A stretch of DNA of 63,930 nucleotides, counting the filler, from Trypethelium eluteriae (lineage: Eukaryota), in NCBI GenBank assembly GCA_051942245.1. It is 3 parts of 3 records of this genome, joined end to end, with 100 filler letters (N's around TTAATTAATTAA, not from the genome) between each part and the next. Parts side by side here need not be neighbours in the genome. Positions count along the whole stretch, not along the records: positions 1 to 21,766 come from JAVECL010000462.1; positions 21,867 to 43,625 come from JAVECL010000463.1; 1 more part is not named here. One strand, written 5' to 3'. Position numbers and translations under genes: made by a program. Below the pieces are notes generated by a model, which worked only from the letters and a program-made list of their open reading frames with translations, was not told where the DNA came from and did not search any database. Positions 12,166 to 25,100 of the stretch are shown piece by piece (the first letter of the stretch is position 1; each line of letters opens with the position of its first letter).

Positions 12166-13145
12166 ATTCTCTCAGAGTAAGCCCAGCATCGCAATGAGCC
12201 TTTTGGGATAGGTAACGAGCTTTCACGGACGATGCCTGGCGATGGCCGCCTGATATCAGGACCTCGAGCCGAGCTCGAAATCAGCCTACAACTAGGCTAA
12301 GCGGTCCTGTATCTCCAAGCTTCTGCAGGCACTGCCCAGAATCGCAGCCCTTGACAGGGTAGGTAGGCTTCAGCTTGAGTGACGTTTTGGTTACCATTCC
12401 AAACCCGGGCACTCCCGCGTAATTTACTTTTCGACGCAAGTTGTGACTCGCTCGATCGCTTAGCTCTTCATCTCATTCGGTAGTCTTGAGTGGCTGTTCA
12501 TTTGGTGAATAGCTGTCGAATGTAGAACCGGTGCAAGAAAGGGAAGTCTAATGTCATGCTAAGCCACGGCCACGTACGACATGCGGTCAGGCTAAGCCAA
12601 AGAGAAGATTGGATCTTGTATTTTCACATACAGCTCGCAACCCTGGCTCTGCATTCTATCGTATTTCTTGACGCAAAAGCTGAGCCAATCGTGTTGTAGG
12701 GTCTGGGTGCTATGATGGTCTAAGTTTTTCCTCCAAGCAATCCCTACTAGATTGGTCGTCAACGCTACTAGGTTCTTGGAAACCATCAAGTACCTGAGTG
12801 AAAAAATACACCTTCGACTAATTGAGAAAGCTTGACAAAAGATTGCAGACTGTTATAGGGGAGGGGAATATCATTCTACGTCAGCGTCCACGCTGAAGGT
12901 GTTCTACTCGCAGAATATCTAGTTGTAAGCATGAATAAACAATCCCCACGCGGCTTTTCAACAGCAAACGAAACGGGAAAGACGGATCAAGATGATGTTG
13001 CAGGCTTATGAAATGTCTAGAGGTGCAATTATGTGCAAAGTAGTACAGTCGAGCGGGCACTCGAAGAGTCCCAGCGAATTTCTGCTTTTCCGCCCCTGTC
13101 AACTCGAAATCTTACTTCCGCCATTCCGTCCTGGTGTACCCCGCT

Positions 13146-14019
13146 CTAATGGTGCTCTCCATGCCCACCGTTGGACCTGTACCCAACAAGTTTGAACCTG
13201 CCCAATATCTCGCCAACCTTGAAGAAACCTAGGACTTCAGCTGAGATCACGCCTAGCGTGACCACTGTCTTAGTGTCGATGTTCCTGATCTGTTGTAATA
13301 CACTCTGAGGAGACATTGATCCTGCCTGATTGGCAGTCTGTGCGAATATTGTTGAGGGATTTCGAAGGCGGTTAATGAGAGGCTGGTAGTAGCTCTGGAA
13401 GGTTGCCACATTGCTATGATTTCGTTATTACTGAGAGAAGCGAAACCCTATATGTCCGAGGAACTCACGGAGGTTGCATCCTTTGGCCTTCGAAGACAAG
13501 CTTAGCAAGCTCACCACCGACTCTTGCCCAGTATGTGGTGGGTCCTATAAGGGCTGTAGGAGCAAGTCATGTTAGCAGCGATCTGAATCGATTTCGAACT
13601 TTGTGCCCAAAAGCCATTACAATCCGTACGTATACAGTCGCACAGCTATACAAGCTTGAGTATATTCTGATGACCATATGCGACAGTATCTAGTTTTTGA
13701 AGTCCAAACGAAGATTGAATTCCTGGGATAACTCACAGGTCACGAAACCGATCGCATTGCCCGTGCGGCCGCCCACGCTGTTGACAGCATTGCCGGCAGC
13801 TTCCGTGGCGTTTCTCAGTGCTGGTCCGGCTGAAGATGTCACTCTCGATAGGCCAGCTGAGGCTTTTGATGCTGCTTCAGAAGCACTGTCCTTGGCTTTG
13901 GTAGCTCCGGAGGAAGCTGCGTTGGCCGCTTCAGATGTCGTGGAGGCATTGCGGAAGAGAGCGCGGCGGGAAATCCATGCTTGTCGTCGCAGCACCATGC
14001 GAGATGCTGCAAGCAACAT
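13146..14019 (-). CDS. ATP20: Mitochondrial ATP synthase subunit g
   Basis: Presequence MLLAASRMVLRRQ, middle exon PTTYWARVGGELAKLVFEGQRMQPP, C-terminal AEVLGFFKVGEILGRFKLVGY. Two introns, the first at 13736-13554. Confidence 0.92.
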
Positions 14020-14839
14020 GGCGAGAAAAATTGAGAGAGCGTACGAAAGCAATTGGTCGTTTGGATAGGTGTTGGGAGCTACGGAGTGCCTCGTCTTTCA
14101 TCGGAGTTCTCAGGAACAAAAATTAGTACCTGCAGGGGTCGAGAAGCTTAGTAATCTCAACGGTCGAAAACACCAAGATTTGCTCTCCCTTTAGTAGTAG
14201 CCTGGCTTTTACTCAAAAGAATGGTGACAGTGGCAATATCTTTGACGATTCGAAGTTTGACATTGCATTACTGTCGATTTAAAAGAAGAGATAATGTAGT
14301 CGCACTGCCCTATTCTAAATGCTTGAGATTGACCTTGATCTCTGATCATGACAATAATTCTGCGGAAGGACGAACTTGAGAGATGCACTTATTTCAGAAA
14401 TACTGTAACTCTCAATGGAAATCTTTCTCCAACTTCTTTGGCTGGAGCTTGCGGCCAGAGCGAGTTGGCGAATTGATATTGAGTTCACGCTTTCAAAACC
14501 ATTGATAGGTACTCCGCATATCAATGAACACGAAATCTATTTAAGGAGATGACTCTGCCTTATTCCCACTATCTAGCGTTAGCCAGATCATCAATTTAGG
14601 TTCGTGACCTTTTCGCAGAACTCTACACCAGCAGACTCGTGGAATGACCGAACTGGACCAAACTAAAAATCTTGAGATCTATTCAAAGGCACTTTTATCG
14701 CTTAGTCCCTAGATTAATGACAAAGATCCGGAAGCAAATGCTTCCGAATGACAGCGAACCTGAAAATGTCGCGACTCTTGTGCTTAAGCTTGTAGTATCC
14801 CCAATACTCCAGACCTTCAAATGAATATGAACAAAGCTC

Positions 14840-17800
14840 CTAATTGTCAGTCAGATCGACAATATCAGCCTTTCTCTTCTGTGGTATGTTGGATACACCA
14901 GGAAGTCTATCCACATTTGGTAGCTGCTGCTGGTTCTGCCGAATGACTGGGAGTTCTTGGAGTGGTGGTGCACCCCTTTGACTCCAGGGTGATGGTAACT
15001 GCCCTTGCAATGGACCTCCTTGCCCGTGTGTTGGTCGGGCTCGCCCATTTGCGGTGGATACAGGCCCTTTGATCATACGCATTAGTATGACATCGTCGTA
15101 TTTGGATCCCAGAATTTGGTTCAAAATAGCAGCATCAAATTGGGAGAAAACCCGTCTGGCCCTCTCGACACGCCGTTGCCAAGCATTCCTATCTTTCTCC
15201 CAGTGCTTGAGGTCTTTTGTGACGACTAGCGTGTAAGGGCTCCCATGTCTGACAATATGATTGCTTTGTCCCTGTATAGGTGTGTAATCCAGTTTGCCCT
15301 GTAAGTGACTTCTCCTTTTTTCGGCCATAGGAAACGTCCCAACTTCTTGCCCGGGATTGGCGAGAAAGGTATTGAGTGCATGACAGTCACTACAGCTGCA
15401 AGGCGATGTGGCTCGTGCCCAATCCGCTGGCCTCGGGGGCTGCATCTTCACCATTCTTTCTAGATACGCTGTTAAGATCTCGCAAAATATGGATTGAACC
15501 GACGGTTCTGAAAAGGTTTGGGAGACATTTGATAGAGTGATAGTGAGGTGGCGCAAGAATGGAAGCCAAATTGGTTCGAAGTCTTCGACTGCAATCGTGG
15601 AGAGGTTTGCGAGAATGTTTTCCAGTAGGCTTTGCGCTGCGTCAAAGAGTTTTCGGGTAATTGCGTTTCCGTAGAGGCACGCAATTCGCTCAGCGTCATC
15701 AGACTCTTTCACAGGTTGTGTGACTTCGTGGACTGGAGGTGGCCTAAAAGTGGAATTCTGTTGCTGTCCCTGGACTTCTTTATGAAACCAATGTGGGTTG
15801 AAATGGGTGGCGACTTTACTGAACAAAAAATCAAAGGTGTTGTTGACCGTGTCGTTACTCAGCTGCATACTAGCTCGACTAGTTAAAGAGCTTCCTCGTT
15901 GTTCGGAGCGCAGAAGCTCGACAAGGAAAGTCACAGCAAACTGTGAACTGCTGATGTTGCGTTGTACGAACGGGGTAATTCTAGTAAGGGTTCAGCCTTT
16001 GCATTACAGTTACTTTGAATGACCCACTGGTTGCAGAGCATGTTCTCGCCATAGCGGATAGCCGCTTGGACAAGAGCACGGCCATCCTCGACACCAAAAG
16101 GAGCTACATTCAGAGCTTCCCCGGCCACTCTCGTCGACCAAACCGCCAGATCAACATCAGGGACCTGTCCAACGGCGTCATCGCGGCATTGATTTAACGA
16201 TGATACCTCAGACTCTTGAAAGCCCTTCCGAAATTGATGCACTGCTTCCATTCTAGGAGAAATCTTGGAGAATTTCTTCACAGCATTTTCAATACTCCAA
16301 GCGGTCAGAACTTTTTGCCTTAAGTAAATCAATGGCAACATACCAAGTTTGCATGCTAGGCCAGGTCTCCAAAGTCATCGCACGACCCATTTCCCAAAAA
16401 CTAGACACGGTGAGACCATCACCCGCCTGATTAATGCATAATTGTAGCAGATCTTTATCAGAAAGAATGACACTACTATGGGCAATCGAGCCCAATGTCT
16501 CTGATGTGGGTCTTGTGTTCCTCATATGGAGCCAGTCGTAGGCCGCGGCGCGTGGTGCCGCGTCTTTGGACAGCACCACTCGGCAGGCTATCACAAGATC
16601 ATCACGCAAGCTCTGCTCATCGCTGGCACCTCGCTGGAGCTTCTCACGCAGCGTATCGATATCGGTCTTTGCCTCAATCCCACATTTGAGCTTGTTTTTG
16701 AGAAAAAAAGAGATGTACTCAGCGTGAGGTAGCAATAGAAGTGCCTGGAAGTGGTTAGATGAGGAGATCGGAGAATTATGCTTCGAAAGAGAGCACTCCT
16801 GAACCTACAGAGTTTCGGTACCAGTGCGTTGAAGTAGCCCCTTCATTTCCAGTGTATTCCTCCTCTGTGTCATCAGGATCACGGCCTGCAAATGGTTCGT
16901 TCTGGACAATGTCGTCTTCTGCAATTTCTGCGCTTGTCAACTTCAGTGATCCATTCAAGTCTACCACATGGTGAAGCTTGAGGCTTCTGTTAATTTCTTC
17001 CACAATATTATCTTCGATCTCCGCATCCTTCTCCTCCTCGTCCTCCTCGTCCTCGTCTTCCTCATCGTCACACTCATGATCATAGTGAAAGGGGTAATCT
17101 TCGACAATTGAGTTCGTGACTTCTCTCTCTAGATTAGTCAGAAACACATGGAATCTAGTATCCTTGCATGCTTCAGCAACCAGTTGTGCCCTACGCTGGT
17201 CCGTGGCTTTGAGATTTCTCCAACATAGGCTGCTATCAGTGTAGTCATGTTCCAGCAGATAACATAGGAATTTTGGCGTTTCCCGATTGGCTGCTACTTC
17301 CACATTCCATGCTCTGAAGATCGTCTGGAGATTCTCTCCTCGATTGTCTATATTAGCTGCGGTCGGTAGCTCTTCGCTGAAGGTATGCTCTTTCACCAAA
17401 TTATACGTGAGAACCAGACGATACCCGGAAGTCACTGGCTTTACCTCGTGTATGACATCGGCATACCTAAAGACAGATCCTTGTAATTAGTCTGAGATTC
17501 GAACTGTCAGATATTCGAAATGCTCCACATGTTGCTTGCTTTCTCGGTTGACACTCTTGCGAAGCAGTGAGTGATGCGATGGGCCAGACTAGGCTCAGAG
17601 CAGGTACAGATCGTGTGAAAATTCGAAAGAGGAGATGGACTGACCATGCGAGTATTGACAGATCAAAGTCCGAGTTATCGGCCGTCTTGAAGGTCTTCAC
17701 TTGCTTGCCATGTGTAAGGCAAAGCTCACCTCCCTCGTGCTTTGACGGGAGTGAAATCACCAATGTGCCAAACATGCCTGGAACCTTCTCCGTGCTATGA

Positions 17801-18290
17801 GCCATCAGCAACCAGTTCCAATCGGAGACAAGATCACCCACTCTCTATGCGGCTTGAACATGGCACCCTCCTCATACAGCAATAACTTATATAATTCCCC
17901 CCTGACAACATCCTTCACCCCTAAGTCCTCCGCCGCGGTGTCAACGGCCGTTGAAACAAACTTTTCCCACTTCGGATTCTTGAAGCTCAATTTTGCCGCA
18001 TCGATTTCCCATGTCTTCCTCACTGTTTCATCCACAATCGTGTCACTTCCCTTGCCAAATGGCGCTCTTCGGCTCGCATCAATGACTACGCTAGCCTCAC
18101 GTTCTGAAAGAGGGAGACCAAGTGTGCCAACGTCTTCGATGGTAAGACCGGGATTCATTGCTTGCTCTGTAGTGACAGATGTGGCGAACGTGCCGATGCT
18201 CTGAACTTCGTCGAGACATTCTTCTATGTCACTTGCGATTAATGATGGGTACCTCTGATAGCGCGTCCTCCTGGTCGAATCTTCCTCCAT
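14840..18290 (-). CDS. Large 2OG-Fe(II) oxygenase-superfamily protein, multi-exon
   Basis: Motifs APFGKGSDTIVDETVRKTWEID and LYKLLLYEEGAMFKPH-R-D (HxD formed across the intron starting at 17841), then MFGTLVISLPSKHEGG and ADVIHEVKPVTSGYRLVLTYNL (distal His and Arg). C-terminal CSCSDC motif. Confidence 0.82.
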
Positions 18291-18430
18291 GATTACGAGC
18301 AATAGTATGTTCTCATAAGTTGTAACGAAGTGGCGAGCTAATGCCGCCGTAGTGAGAGTAGCAAAGTCAGGGTGGCGGGCTCAATTGGTTGGAGGCAAAC
18401 TAGCCAATGGAGTACCGTAATTTGGGGAAG

Positions 18431-18505
18431 TCGCGGTCGGATCCGCGTTCGCGAACGCGACAACGCGAATTCTTGAACGCCAAAGCACGTGCGAAGCTAG
18501 CGCGT
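18431..18505. promoter_or_regulatory. Cluster of CGCG (MCB-like) elements upstream of the 2OG-Fe(II) oxygenase
   Basis: Six CGCG cores in about 75 bp, including ACGCGA at 18455 and 18463, CGCGT at 18444 and 18501, plus CACGTG at 18486. Confidence 0.45.
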
Positions 18506-18851
18506 TTTGAAAACTTGAATGTTTCAGTTCCTCTCTAAAATTAACATGTACTTATTGATGATAAAACAGTGCAATGAGAAAAGAGAAATTATAACCTATC
18601 CCGAGGTTCCATACTCCAGAACAGTGGTATCTTATGATCTTGATCAACTTCCCCTGCCCACCCTAACGCCATCTTGAGAATTCGAATCAACAAAAGCAAA
18701 TGAGCTCAATTTTCAAATCCAAGCTTTCCTCAGCCGTTGGCGGTACTCACATAATGTCCTTTTACTGTGTGCTTCTATCATATCAAACTAGTCATTCCCT
18801 CGTGCCTATGCATTCTCCCCGAAGCGTCGAAATGAAGACTTGACTTCTCGA

Positions 18852-20439
18852 TCAGCCAGCGACTGGGACACTCATTCCGCTGTGTTGGGAAAAAACCTCA
18901 TAGCTCGGAGGAGCCCCCAGTCCTGCCATGTTCGCGCTTCCACCAATGTACATTGCACTCGGCGGCGCGATGGTCCTCGGTCTGAATACGTCTTCTGCCT
19001 CTTCGACTGCTTCTAATGCATTGGTCGCCGCTGCGCCCATGCTCAACGGCGAAGCCGGCGTATCCGGGCTCCCCGCACAGGAGATCTGGATCGGAAGCTT
19101 GATGGAGACGCTGGGGCTCGAGAGTCCCGGCGTATGAAGGGAGAGTGAAAAGTCGAGAGCGTAGATGCGAGAGATGAGGCAGGAGTAGAAGGTCGGGACG
19201 AAGGATTTATGAGTAGGAAGATCAATGGGCACGAGGATGGAGCACGTGTAGAACGGTCCAGAGCTATAAGCCGAAGATGGCTCAGGGATCCAGTTCGTAG
19301 ATGTGCGGCGAGTCGATGGTGCGGTATGCTTTGTCCATTCTACTGTCTCGATATTTCGAGAAGACAGTAGGGTAGAATCGCCGTGGACTCCTTGAGTCAT
19401 ATCCATCATTGTATTAGCTTTCGTCGGGTAGCTACGCCGAACGGAGCTAGCGAAGTGCGTCCAGGCCTTCAGTTTGGTGGTCAATGTTGAGAGACGAGGC
19501 AGCTGGGACGCCTCGGACGCAGGATCAAAGCGAAGCATGATCGTTGCCAGTGTGGTCACACGGTTGTCTCCAGAGCCATTTGGACTCGGTAGGCGAAGGC
19601 ATTTGGGCTGAACGGATTCCATGACTAGTCGCCCAAGTTTTCCCTTGAACATGTTCCTTTTCACGTTCTTTTCTTGTCGGAACCTATAGTCCTCCAAATT
19701 TGCTTTCAAACTCACAGGCGGTTGCTCCTCAACAGCCGGAATTATGCGCACTTTCTTGCTCTTTTCAGCAACTATCGTCTCTCTACTGTCATTGTCCCTG
19801 ATGCGGACAAAAGTCGCACGAATAGCGTATGTGACCTTAGCCATATCGGGAGTCAGATCATCGGGGGCCACTCCGCTGTTGGCGTTTAAGTCCTTATCGC
19901 CTAGGCTTGGGGGGAGCTGTAAGTGCGCCTCTCGAACACCCCTCGTCTCACATCGATGACCACATGACTTAGGGAGCAGTTGGTTGGGTACGTTGAAAGT
20001 GAAAGGGAATTGATAGGTTTGGCCAGCTTCGAGGATCCGCGGTTGTGGGTACTCGTTCTCCAGTATTGGTTGAGTGAGCTTCAAGAAGTTCTTCGAAGCT
20101 TCTGTCCGACCACTGATTGCAGCTGTGGTAGCCATGCGATCAACAAAGGTCTTTGATGATCCTGCAAGGTCGTTAGTATGCTGTCGACAGGGAAACTTTG
20201 GTTGCATTCTTCAGAGACATACCCATGAAGGCTATCTCGAGCTCGTCGAACCTGGTATCGTTTTGCGCTGTTACTGTTACGGTACCCTTTATCTGATCCA
20301 TTGTCGAGTACGTCGTTCCTTTGGGTCCATCATGACCTTCGAGAGAGAATTGGATGTTTGGCTTCGACAACAAGCCCGCAATGCTGCGCGAGCGGTAGTG
20401 CGAAGTTTCACCTTCGCTGTGGAATGAGGGCGAACTCAT
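18852..20439 (-). CDS. Second alpha-arrestin / Bul1-like adaptor
   Basis: YSTMDQIKGTV...FDELEIAFMG, one intron (about 20222-20163), then YQFPFTFNVP, LPPSLGD, PTFYSCLISRIY and a C-terminal PPSY motif. Confidence 0.85.
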
Positions 20440-21766
20440 GCCTGAAGATGACTTCGGGTATTCGGAATGGGCAGAGTAATCTCAGGAGCGCGTAGTCTTT
20501 GCGAGCGACAGATATGGATCCTGTAATGAAGTCTAAGGTATCTGATAATGCGGGGAAGGTGGGCAACAATGGAAAGAGTGCCTATGACCTGTTCCCCGTT
20601 GATAATTGTCAATGGGCGATAGATCATTCCGATCTTGGCACGCGCGGTACGCCCAGTTATATTCACCTCGGACATTCTGTGCAGTATTCGTGACAAACGA
20701 GCACATTGACTCATAGGGCTGGCCTGAATGAACTGCGTGTGCTACACCATGAAATCGGAGGTCCCCCACCAGGATCTTGCCTTAGCGCCTTGCCGTGACT
20801 GGCCGCCACAAGCCAACCCATATGCCAGCCTGGTCCCCTAATTCTCTCCACCGCCCTGTGCCCCGACAGCTGACAAAGCTCCATTGCAGATCATGTCAAG
20901 CCTAAACCCCATGCATCTTTTCGCAGGGCGTCAAGTGCGGGTCGTGCTGAATTGCGGCATCAAAACACTCAAACTCAGCACACCAGAGCGCGCCCTGTCT
21001 GCTGACAAGAGCAACGTCTTATCCATCATCACCAACCTTACGTAGGCTGTTCCGAGTTTCGCTGGGAACCGGTGTACGCCACAAAGAATCCGGAGCCCAC
21101 CAGATGGCGACTAAAAATCCTTTGTACCCCTAACAGAAGGTTGAGCCTTTGCAAATCCATTTTATGTGTCATCTCGACCGTGAACGTTAAGAAGACACGA
21201 TGCACCATTCACTTGAAATATTGTCTCTTTGCTAGCGCGCCGGAAGTCAATGAATCACAGGCTTGTGCCACGTTTTCCTATTTCCAATGGGCTGCTCCTA
21301 TTCCCAACAATCGCATCTTGTTCCAGGGTGTTGCGCACGTGGGCAGGGATGGCGCGCAAAAGTCGGTCTCATGGAGCGGCATCGGAGCCCTTAGTGCCCT
21401 TCTCCTGCTTTAAACAAACACCAGTGGATGGCAACATCACGATTGGACAAGGAATATTCTTTATGCCGTAGTAGTAACATTTCCAATACAGAGTCTTCAA
21501 GCAATGTTCCGCTTCTAACCGAGCATCTTGCGAAAATTCCATTCAGACCTAGTCCCAGTACGTGTAGTGATTCTTCCGCCGTCCTGTACTTATTATGATC
21601 ATGCCCTCCCAGGAATCACGCCGATATTTTTCTTGTCGAAATGAGCAACATCTTCAGGAAGTAATTCGCAAACGGCCATGTTGATTTTACTACAGGAATC
21701 CTCAATGTATAGCATCATGAAGAGTGAAGGAGGATAGAAACGCTTGAACCCCTCCCTCCTCTGCCC

Positions 21767-21866
21767 NNNNNNNNNNNNNNNNNNNNNNNNNNNNNNNNNN
21801 NNNNNNNNNNTTAATTAATTAANNNNNNNNNNNNNNNNNNNNNNNNNNNNNNNNNNNNNNNNNNNN
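21767..21866. other. Artificial contig spacer
   Basis: 44 N + TTAATTAATTAA (stops in all six frames) + 44 N = 100 nt. Confidence 0.97.
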
Positions 21867-22187
21867 TTTTCAAGCAGTTTTGTCCCATACGACCAGTCTA
21901 AAATGAAGGAGAAAAGGACTGGGCTAAGTTCACGAATCCTATGGCGTATGGAAGTATCTGACCAGACTTTACCAGCATGAGAAGTTGAGTAAGGTTGACG
22001 GAGAGCAAGGGTGAGATTCGCGGTCGCTGGTGCTGAAGAACAGGGGAGACTTTGCGGTGTCTTCCCCGATAGTCGCTCTTCTCACTTGGCCGATTTGTTC
22101 AGTCACCCTGCACTACTTTGCAAACGCTTAAAAGGCTCATCCCTCCCAATAGCGTATCCCTTTTCTTCGCAACTTGAGACTGTTGCA

Positions 22188-25100
22188 ATGACAGAAAACG
22201 CTGGACAGCAGCCCTCTGGGCCGGTAAGACTGTTTCTCTGCAAATCGATTACAAGCTCTGATCCTGATATAGTCAGATCGATGCCCCTCAACAGAACCTC
22301 AACCTTTCATCGTGCATTTCAGTGGCAACCTACCATCAAGCAGCACGAATTTCATTGGTTCGCAATTCCACGGCCCTGTCAAGTTTGGTAAGCCTTTCCC
22401 ATGACAAGAAGACCAGCAAGTCATGATGGTCTCTCTATACTTTTAATCGGTTTTTTTTTTTTTTTTGATGAGTCGAAAGAAGCTCCAACCGGCAATCAAC
22501 GAGATTACACGGACCCAAAGACTGAGTGTCTTGCTGCCATCTTCAAGCGCATAGGTCAAAACCCTACTACGGTTTTGAATTCCATCCAATCTCGTAAGGG
22601 CAAAGAAACCCCTGGAACATGCAGGTGGATACTGGATCACGAGAGATTCAGAGAATGGCGACAACATAGCCCATCACTGCTCTGCCTTGTGCGAGGTCCG
22701 GGTAAAGGGAAGACCGTACTTGGAATCTATATCAGTAGGATTCTACAAGAAATTGCCAAAGACGAAATGACTTGTTTTTCCTCTTGCGAAGCCCTGAACA
22801 AGCCCTCAACAGGCAGCACCATCTTGAGCTGTATACTGTTCCAAATCCTCGATCAGAAACCTAACGTGTTCAAATCCTTTGAAGAAGCATTCGCGATCCA
22901 AAAGGAACAGTTGTTCGAAGAGGCCAATTTTGAAGACCTCTGGAAAGCCTTCGAAACGATAATCCGAAACATGTCTTTGCCCAGAATCAATTGCGTTCTT
23001 GACGGCGTCGACGAATGCACAGGTGGCACGTTCGACTTGCTGCTTCAAAAATTCAAGACCCTATTCGAAGATTGCTCAAAGTTTGATCCAGGAAGTTCCA
23101 CCTCCAAGTCCACGATCACCCCAACGAGTGTTCCTCTAGGTCTGATTCTAATCGGCAGAGAGGACCATCCGATATGCCTAAAGCGCTTCCTGTCCCACTT
23201 CGAAAACCTTCGAATTGAACACGACTCTGTGTGTACACAGAGTCTCAGGGAAGACATACATTGCACGGTAAAGGAAAGAATCAAACTGATGGCCAACAAA
23301 ATTGGGAAGAGGATGAGCGACTTCAAAACGTCGCTATCGGCAAGCTGGTCAGTCGTTCGGAAGGAACGTACCTATGGGCTGCCTTAGTCCTAAAAGAACT
23401 TGAAAACTTGGAATGGACAGAGATCGAAACAGCCATTGAGGATTTCCCAAAAGGATTGGCGAAAGTATACACTCGATTGCTTCGAAACCGATGTTCAACT
23501 CCTTCACGAGTGGAGACGATAAGACTTGTGTTGATGCTGATGTGTGGCGCTTGGCGTAGCTTAACGCTTTTAGAGCTGACCAGTGTACTCCTCATGGATC
23601 CCAAGCGAGCCATTTCATCAACATCCCAAGCAAGATCCCTACTCGGATACTGTGGCCATCTGATCGAGGTTCCAAGGGAAGACGACGGCCTTGTGCGCCT
23701 TTGTCATGCGTCTCTGAAGGAGTACCTCTTGAGCTTGCATGCCTCTTCTGTGGTCGGACTTAAAAGTGTCTGTTTCTCAGAGCAAGACATCCATTGGACC
23801 ATGTCCAATTTATGCCTTGACGCAATCGAAAGTACCCTACAAAACAGGGACAGTTCCAAGAAGATCCGAGACTGGACAGACCGCTGGATTAAGGCAGACG
23901 AACATTGCATACGTCTAAGGAGCCCTGAGTCTTGGAGTCCGAACGTGTGGCCGGATCTCCAAAACAAATTTTTCCCATATGCGGCGCTTTACTACCCTGA
24001 CCACGCACGACATCCAAGCCCATGCGAGAAAACAAAATTCGATCTGTCCAGGGTCTTCTTTAGAGAGGCGAGACTACGTGACGATTGGCACGTCATCCAT
24101 CAAAATATGGTCAATCCATGCTGGCGGTTATATATTCCATCACTAGAGCACGCAGCTTCGAACGGTCTCCGGTTTGCGACGCACTATCAATTTACGGAGC
24201 TTGCTAACCAAATTCTAAGCACCGCCAGTGTGGACCGGAACATGGAGCCTTTCTTCAGAAGAGAAGATTCTGGAGGGGAAGAACCCCCATTGACTCGTGC
24301 GATTATTCTGAACGACTCTGTTACTGCGGAGTTGTTGGTGCAGAAGGGTATGCAAGTCGACGTCCCGAACAAGCACGGGATGACGCAAATTCATGTGGCA
24401 TGCTGCACGGGCAATGTCAAGGTCGTCCGCTTGCTTCACGCCTGCAACGTCAGCATAGATCTGCAAAACGAGATCAAACCGTACGATCAAGCACGCGATG
24501 CAATCGCTGGAATGCTTCCCTCATCCCTGCTGGAGAACCAGGGAGTCACTGCAGAGGAGTATTTAGGAGAGCTTGATTTGCGGCACCTTGAGAGTGATGT
24601 CGCAAGTACGGTTACATTACTTCTTGATAGGGGCGCTGAAATCAATGCAAAGGATCTTTGGGGGAATTCTTGTTTACATCTGGCAGCAAGATGGGGTTGC
24701 AAAGAACTGGTTGATTTGTTACTGGAAAGAGCCGCTGATTTGAAAGCCACGAACAACAACACCGAAGATTGCTTGCCCCTTGCAAGCCGTGGTCGAACCA
24801 ACCTGCAGCAAAGATCGCAAATTGTCAGCAAAATTGTCAAATCTTCCGGCAATATCAACAAACGTTCCGAAAATGGCCAAACAGCATTGCAAGTGGCCGC
24901 TCACAGCGGAAATCAACAAATTGTTGAAACTCTTCTTGAAGAAGGAGCAAGTTTCGGGGTAGCTGACGGAAAAGGTCTTTCTGCCCTTCATTATGCTGTG
25001 ATAGGAGGACACAGAATGATTGTCCAAACGTTGCTTCGTCCTCCAGCACTGTCATTCAGGAGCTCCAATTCAGACATCAACACAAGGAGACCTGTACCGG

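Noticed and set aside
10408..20439. Two arrestins about 7 kb apart as a recent tandem duplication
   Set aside because: Their sequences and intron patterns are very different, so they look like old, distinct subfamilies.
21811..21822. TTAATTAATTAA palindrome, repeated at 43670-43681
   Set aside because: Embedded in identical 44-N pads; an assembly spacer with six-frame stops, not biology.
21884..21951. CATACGACCA resembling a 5S rRNA 5' end, with a short stem to TGGCGTATGG
   Set aside because: Similarity stops after about 10 nt and no 5S internal boxes are visible.
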